A stretch of 64,000 nucleotides of DNA from Eledone cirrhosa. Lineage: Eukaryota. The notes under the pieces were generated by a model, which saw only the letters and a list, made by a program, of their open reading frames with translations, had not been told where the DNA came from and searched no databases. The stretch lies in assembly GCA_964016885.1 (NCBI GenBank), contig OZ024740.1, positions 196,478,001-196,542,000 on the forward strand, given 5' to 3'. Positions 62,601-64,000 of the stretch are shown here, one piece after another (position 1 is the first letter of the stretch; every line of letters begins with the position of its first letter). The position numbers were made by a program, and so were the translations under genes.

Positions 62601-64000
62601 AAGGGAATTAACAAATAGAGTAGAAGAGGCGATTAGGAGTGGCAACGTGGCCGGCGTGCTGGCGCCAAGAACGGCCCTAGACCAGTTCTTTGATGCGAAG
62701 CACGAGGGCTGCGTTGTCAGGAGTAAAATACGTGCTCTGGGTAACGAGGGAGCCAAAACTGTTAGCTGGGCCCGAGTGACAGAGGCAAAAAGTGGAAACA
62801 CGTCCACGATTCGCTCTTTGAAGGACAAGGATGGATGCGTGATCCTTGAACCTGAGCGGATGAGCACGGCCTTTCAACGGCGCTTTTCACGACTGTTCGG
62901 GAGGGGCGGCGGGCTGAGAGGGGCCATGGATTTCGGTCCATACCTCGACGGTCTGGCGCGGCTCTCGGACGGGGAGGCGAAGTCCTGCGAGAGGCCGATT
63001 TCAGCCGCTGAAATAGGGGAAGCGCTGAGCCAATGCGGCAAACGAAAATCTCCGGGTCTCGATGGTCTACCATACGAACTTTATGTAGCAATGCCGGGCT
63101 TGTTCTCCGGTCTCCTCGAGGCGGTCTACTGCAACTGGCAACAGAACGGGAGAATTCCCAGTTCTGTGACCATGGGCGTAGTCACGCTGGTGAGGAAGGA
63201 CGAGAACAAGGGGGATGACATAGATAACTTCAGGCCCATAACTCTGCTAAACACAGAGTTAAAGATTTTGGCCAAGGTGTTAGCGAAGAGGTTGGCGCTT
63301 GTCGTCGGGAACCTGGTGGGAGAAGCGCAGACATGCGCAATCCCGTCCAGGTCCATACACGACAAACTCCACCTCATGCGATACATCGTAGGGAGGGTAG
63401 GGAACGAACCCGGCTTTGGTGGGGCCCTGATCAACTTGGATCAATCTAAAGCGTTCGACAGGGTTGACCATCGGTACCTGGATGTGGTGCTCGCGGCGGC
63501 AGGCTTCGAACCCTTTTTCAGGGGCTGGATTGCTGAAATGCTCAGCAGCAACACCTGCTCGAGGGTCAAGGTGAACGGCTACCTCTCGGAGCCGTTCCAA
63601 ATCACGCGATCCATTCGACAGGGATGCCCTCTCTCCTCCCTCCTGTATGTGCTGGCTCTCGAGCCTCTACTGCGGAAGCTGGAGCTGTTGCAGGGCATCC
63701 CCTTGGAACCGGGATTGCGGAAAGCGGTGTCGGCCTACGCCACTGACGTGACATTAATGGGGTCATGCGCCTCGGAAATCGGGCAGATCGGCACCTTACT
63801 GGAGGAATATGAAAGGTTCACAGGAGCCAAGCTGAACCGGTACAAGTCCGTCGGTTTGCAACTCGGGACGTGGAGGGGCAAACCGATGCCCTCCGACGGC
63901 ATCGTCGGACGCTGGCCGGAGGGCCCGGTGAAGCTGCTCGGGGTCTGGTTCGGACCGGACCTCCAAGTGGAGAAAAACTGGGACGAGGTAACGGGCAAGG
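59661..64000 (+). mobile_element. Tx1/L1-clade LINE, apparently 5'-complete copy running off the window
   Basis: 5' UTR; fragmented ORF1 (about 59863-61638, with TFAQTV, a degenerate CYHC..GH knuckle and Asn/Thr/Pro-rich linkers); ORF2 from 61681 with APE and RT; close to 26083-28330. Confidence 0.92.

Overview
AT-rich, microsatellite-saturated animal DNA with no host protein-coding gene that I can support. The SINE and microsatellite landscape resembles octopus genomes; this is an inference, not verified. The window is a stack of nested retroelements: a young Ty3/Gypsy element (37621-41849, minus strand), a non-autonomous tRNA-Trp-primed LTR element and a related solo LTR, two R4/Dong-type REL-endonuclease LINEs, two copies of a Tx1/L1-type LINE, several Penelope-like elements (PLEs), RTE and CRE remnants, Helitrons, mariner and hAT relics, and many tRNA-derived SINEs. 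Most interesting signals: (1) the Gypsy primer-binding site is complementary to the 5' 12 nt of tRNA-Phe rather than to a tRNA 3' end; (2) a GIY-YIG PLE is bracketed by a 1082-bp apparently perfect inverted repeat, each arm carrying a hammerhead ribozyme with a U3-A8 compensatory core; (3) six further intact or degenerate hammerhead motifs lie at or near (TA)n tracts; (4) different retroelement clades associate with different simple repeats; (5) both Tx1 copies share a YATD, not YADD, RT active site. Coordinates were counted by eye and may be off by a few bases.
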